A stretch of DNA of 64,000 bases from Dicyema japonicum (taxonomy: Eukaryota > Animalia > Dicyemida). Where the stretch lies: contig RDEW01000001.1 in assembly GCA_011109175.1 (NCBI GenBank), forward strand, positions 729,607 through 793,606. The letters run 5' to 3'. A program made the position numbers and the translations under genes. Below the pieces are notes generated by a model, which saw only the letters and a program-made list of their open reading frames with translations, was not told the DNA's origin and did not search any database. The stretch's first letter is position 1, and every line of letters begins with the position of its first letter. This document shows, one piece after another, positions 62,393-64,000 of the stretch.

Positions 62393-64000
62393 AGAATGTG
62401 ATGACTCGATGAAGCACGTGTGAGAGATTGACGGAAGAAAAGTCACAATTTCTCCTGCTGGAGGTCAATGAGACTTAAATTCCCTTCGAATTCTTCTGCA
62501 ACTTGCCAGGAAATTCTTGATACTATTGAGAATCTACAACCTGGAGATCTTTGAAGAGTGCAAAGTGATCTTCAACAGTGGTGATGTGCCCTTTTCTTTT
62601 TCTTCAAAGACAGAGCATCCGCGATACAGAATATGTCATGGGTAACTAGGGGTACGCTGGAATATTATTGATAGACGGAATGAAGGATGACTTATACTCT
62701 AAATACTGATTGTACAGAACTTAAGGTGTCTGAAGAGTTTCAGACTCATAATTCATATTCTTCCGTTTTCAACAAGTGTAAAAGACCTCCCCAAAGTGTT
62801 AGCACGTGCGGGGATATTGTGAAGATTGTAATTCCGCGGAATGGTATCATGGAGTTCTTACTTTAAGGGACCACATCTGCTGGGTTTAATTTTGTGCAGT
62901 TCACGGACCCCAATGAGGCTGAACTGGCCATTGAAAGACTAAATGGTCGAAAAATAATGGGTACTTGTTAACGTGACTGTTTCCTGGGAGAGTTGCGGCT
63001 GTTGATTATTCAGTGCTTCAAGATAAATGCAAGAACACTAATAATTCGCTGTTCGAAGAGAATTCTGTCTGTTCTGTGGACGAATCAGTCCCTAAAGTGA
63101 GCAAGTCGCACAAGGATGAAGAAAGGACTGTGTTTCTGAGGTCTGTGATGTTATTATTGCAGAAACTTGGGATTTGACGTGAATAAGGGTAAGTTGAAAG
63201 AGGTATTAGTCTAATACATGGGGGACGTGGTGTTTGTCGTAAAGGATGGGTCATGCCAAAAAACTGCATTCGTGAAATTTAGGCGGAAAGAAGCTGCTGG
63301 AAAGTGTTTAGAGTTGGCAAAGGTCGGTACTTATGTAATTCCTCAATCTGGACAGTCATCGTTCGAGGTTCATGTTCTTTTCGCGGATTTGTCTGTTAAC
63401 AAAGACAAAGTGGAAGATTTTGGCAAGAAATAAATGAAGACTGGATGGATAAGAGGAATCGGTTTTTAATGAGGGAAGGAAGTTAGTTTTTGAGTTAACT
63501 GGCAGTGATCAGACTGGGTACCAAAATGGCTGAGAGTGTTCTTGATCGGGATATAAATAAGTGGCACAAAATAATCTTTCCCCACCATTTTAGTTGGAAG
63601 CTACACGGAGGGTGAAATTAATGGACGACAAGCACTATGTATCCCTTACGAGACTGACCTTTCTCAATTTTGGATGACGTATAACCAGTAAGAGGTTAAG
63701 GTCCGCGATTTTGGAGAACGTCAAGAACTGCGTGAAATCCCAGTTGATGGAGGTATTCGTTAATGTAAGTTCAGTGTGGTGTTATCATGAAAATGGAGGA
63801 TGAGAGGTCAATGGGGTATGCTTTCGTGGAATTCCGTGAGCATTCTTTTGCGTCATCCGCTCTCCGTTTCTTCAACAACGACAAGACTGTTTTCGACGGA
63901 AGAGTTGTTCAATTTTGTCTATTTCAGAGACCCATCGTACAGTTCGCTGTGGAGAACAGGAACGCTTTGTTGGCTAAGGAAATGCAGAGAGAAGGACAAG
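62393..64000 (+). pseudogene. RBM28: RBM28/Nop4-like four-RRM nucleolar protein pseudogene (runs off the window)
   Basis: After removing 22-26 nt introns: RLII..PF...GF.FVQF..AELAIERLNG; ERTVFLRNLGFD; KRNRFLMREGMIRLGT; VSLTRL..GYAFVEFREH..ALRFFNN..RPIVQFAVENR. Stops at 62421, 62469, 63212 and 63675, frameshifts and mutated splice sites. Confidence 0.85.

Noticed and set aside
62393-64000. Alternative genetic code (TAA=Gln, TGA=Trp/Arg) to explain in-frame stops in RBM28
   Set aside because: The same gene also has frameshifts and broken splice sites, and the intact LAMP-like and CXXC genes use TAA/TGA as normal terminators with no internal stops; pseudogenisation is the simpler explanation

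Overview
This is AT-rich eukaryotic (animal-like) genomic DNA from a draft scaffold, with one 799-N gap and several single-N joins carrying duplicated contig ends. It is not prokaryotic. Most of the window consists of decayed mobile elements: CRE- and R4/Dong-type restriction-like-endonuclease (REL) retroposons, RTE and Jockey/CR1-like LINEs, a tRNA-derived SINE family, Tigger/pogo, MULE and hAT remnants. The host genes are missed by the ORF track because tiny 20-26 nt GT-AG introns break them up. After splicing by hand, the main result is a multicopy ~2.6-3 kb cassette encoding a ~350-aa LAMP-like type-I membrane glycoprotein (signal peptide, two Cys-paired luminal domains, TM helix, EY[LI]P[VI]L tail). 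Two copies are intact (42955-44119, 53218-54389), one has a single stop and a duplicated exon 1 (31122-32416) and lies between two Tigger elements, and one is a 3' fragment (36266-36390). The copies have near-identical introns but a clearly variable luminal patch. Also present are an intact spliced CXXC4/5-like gene, an intact-looking acidic orphan gene, and pseudogenes of an LRR-Roc-COR (ROCO) gene and of RBM28/Nop4. Intron size and gene content would fit a dicyemid-like miniature-intron animal parasite; this is inference and was not verified.
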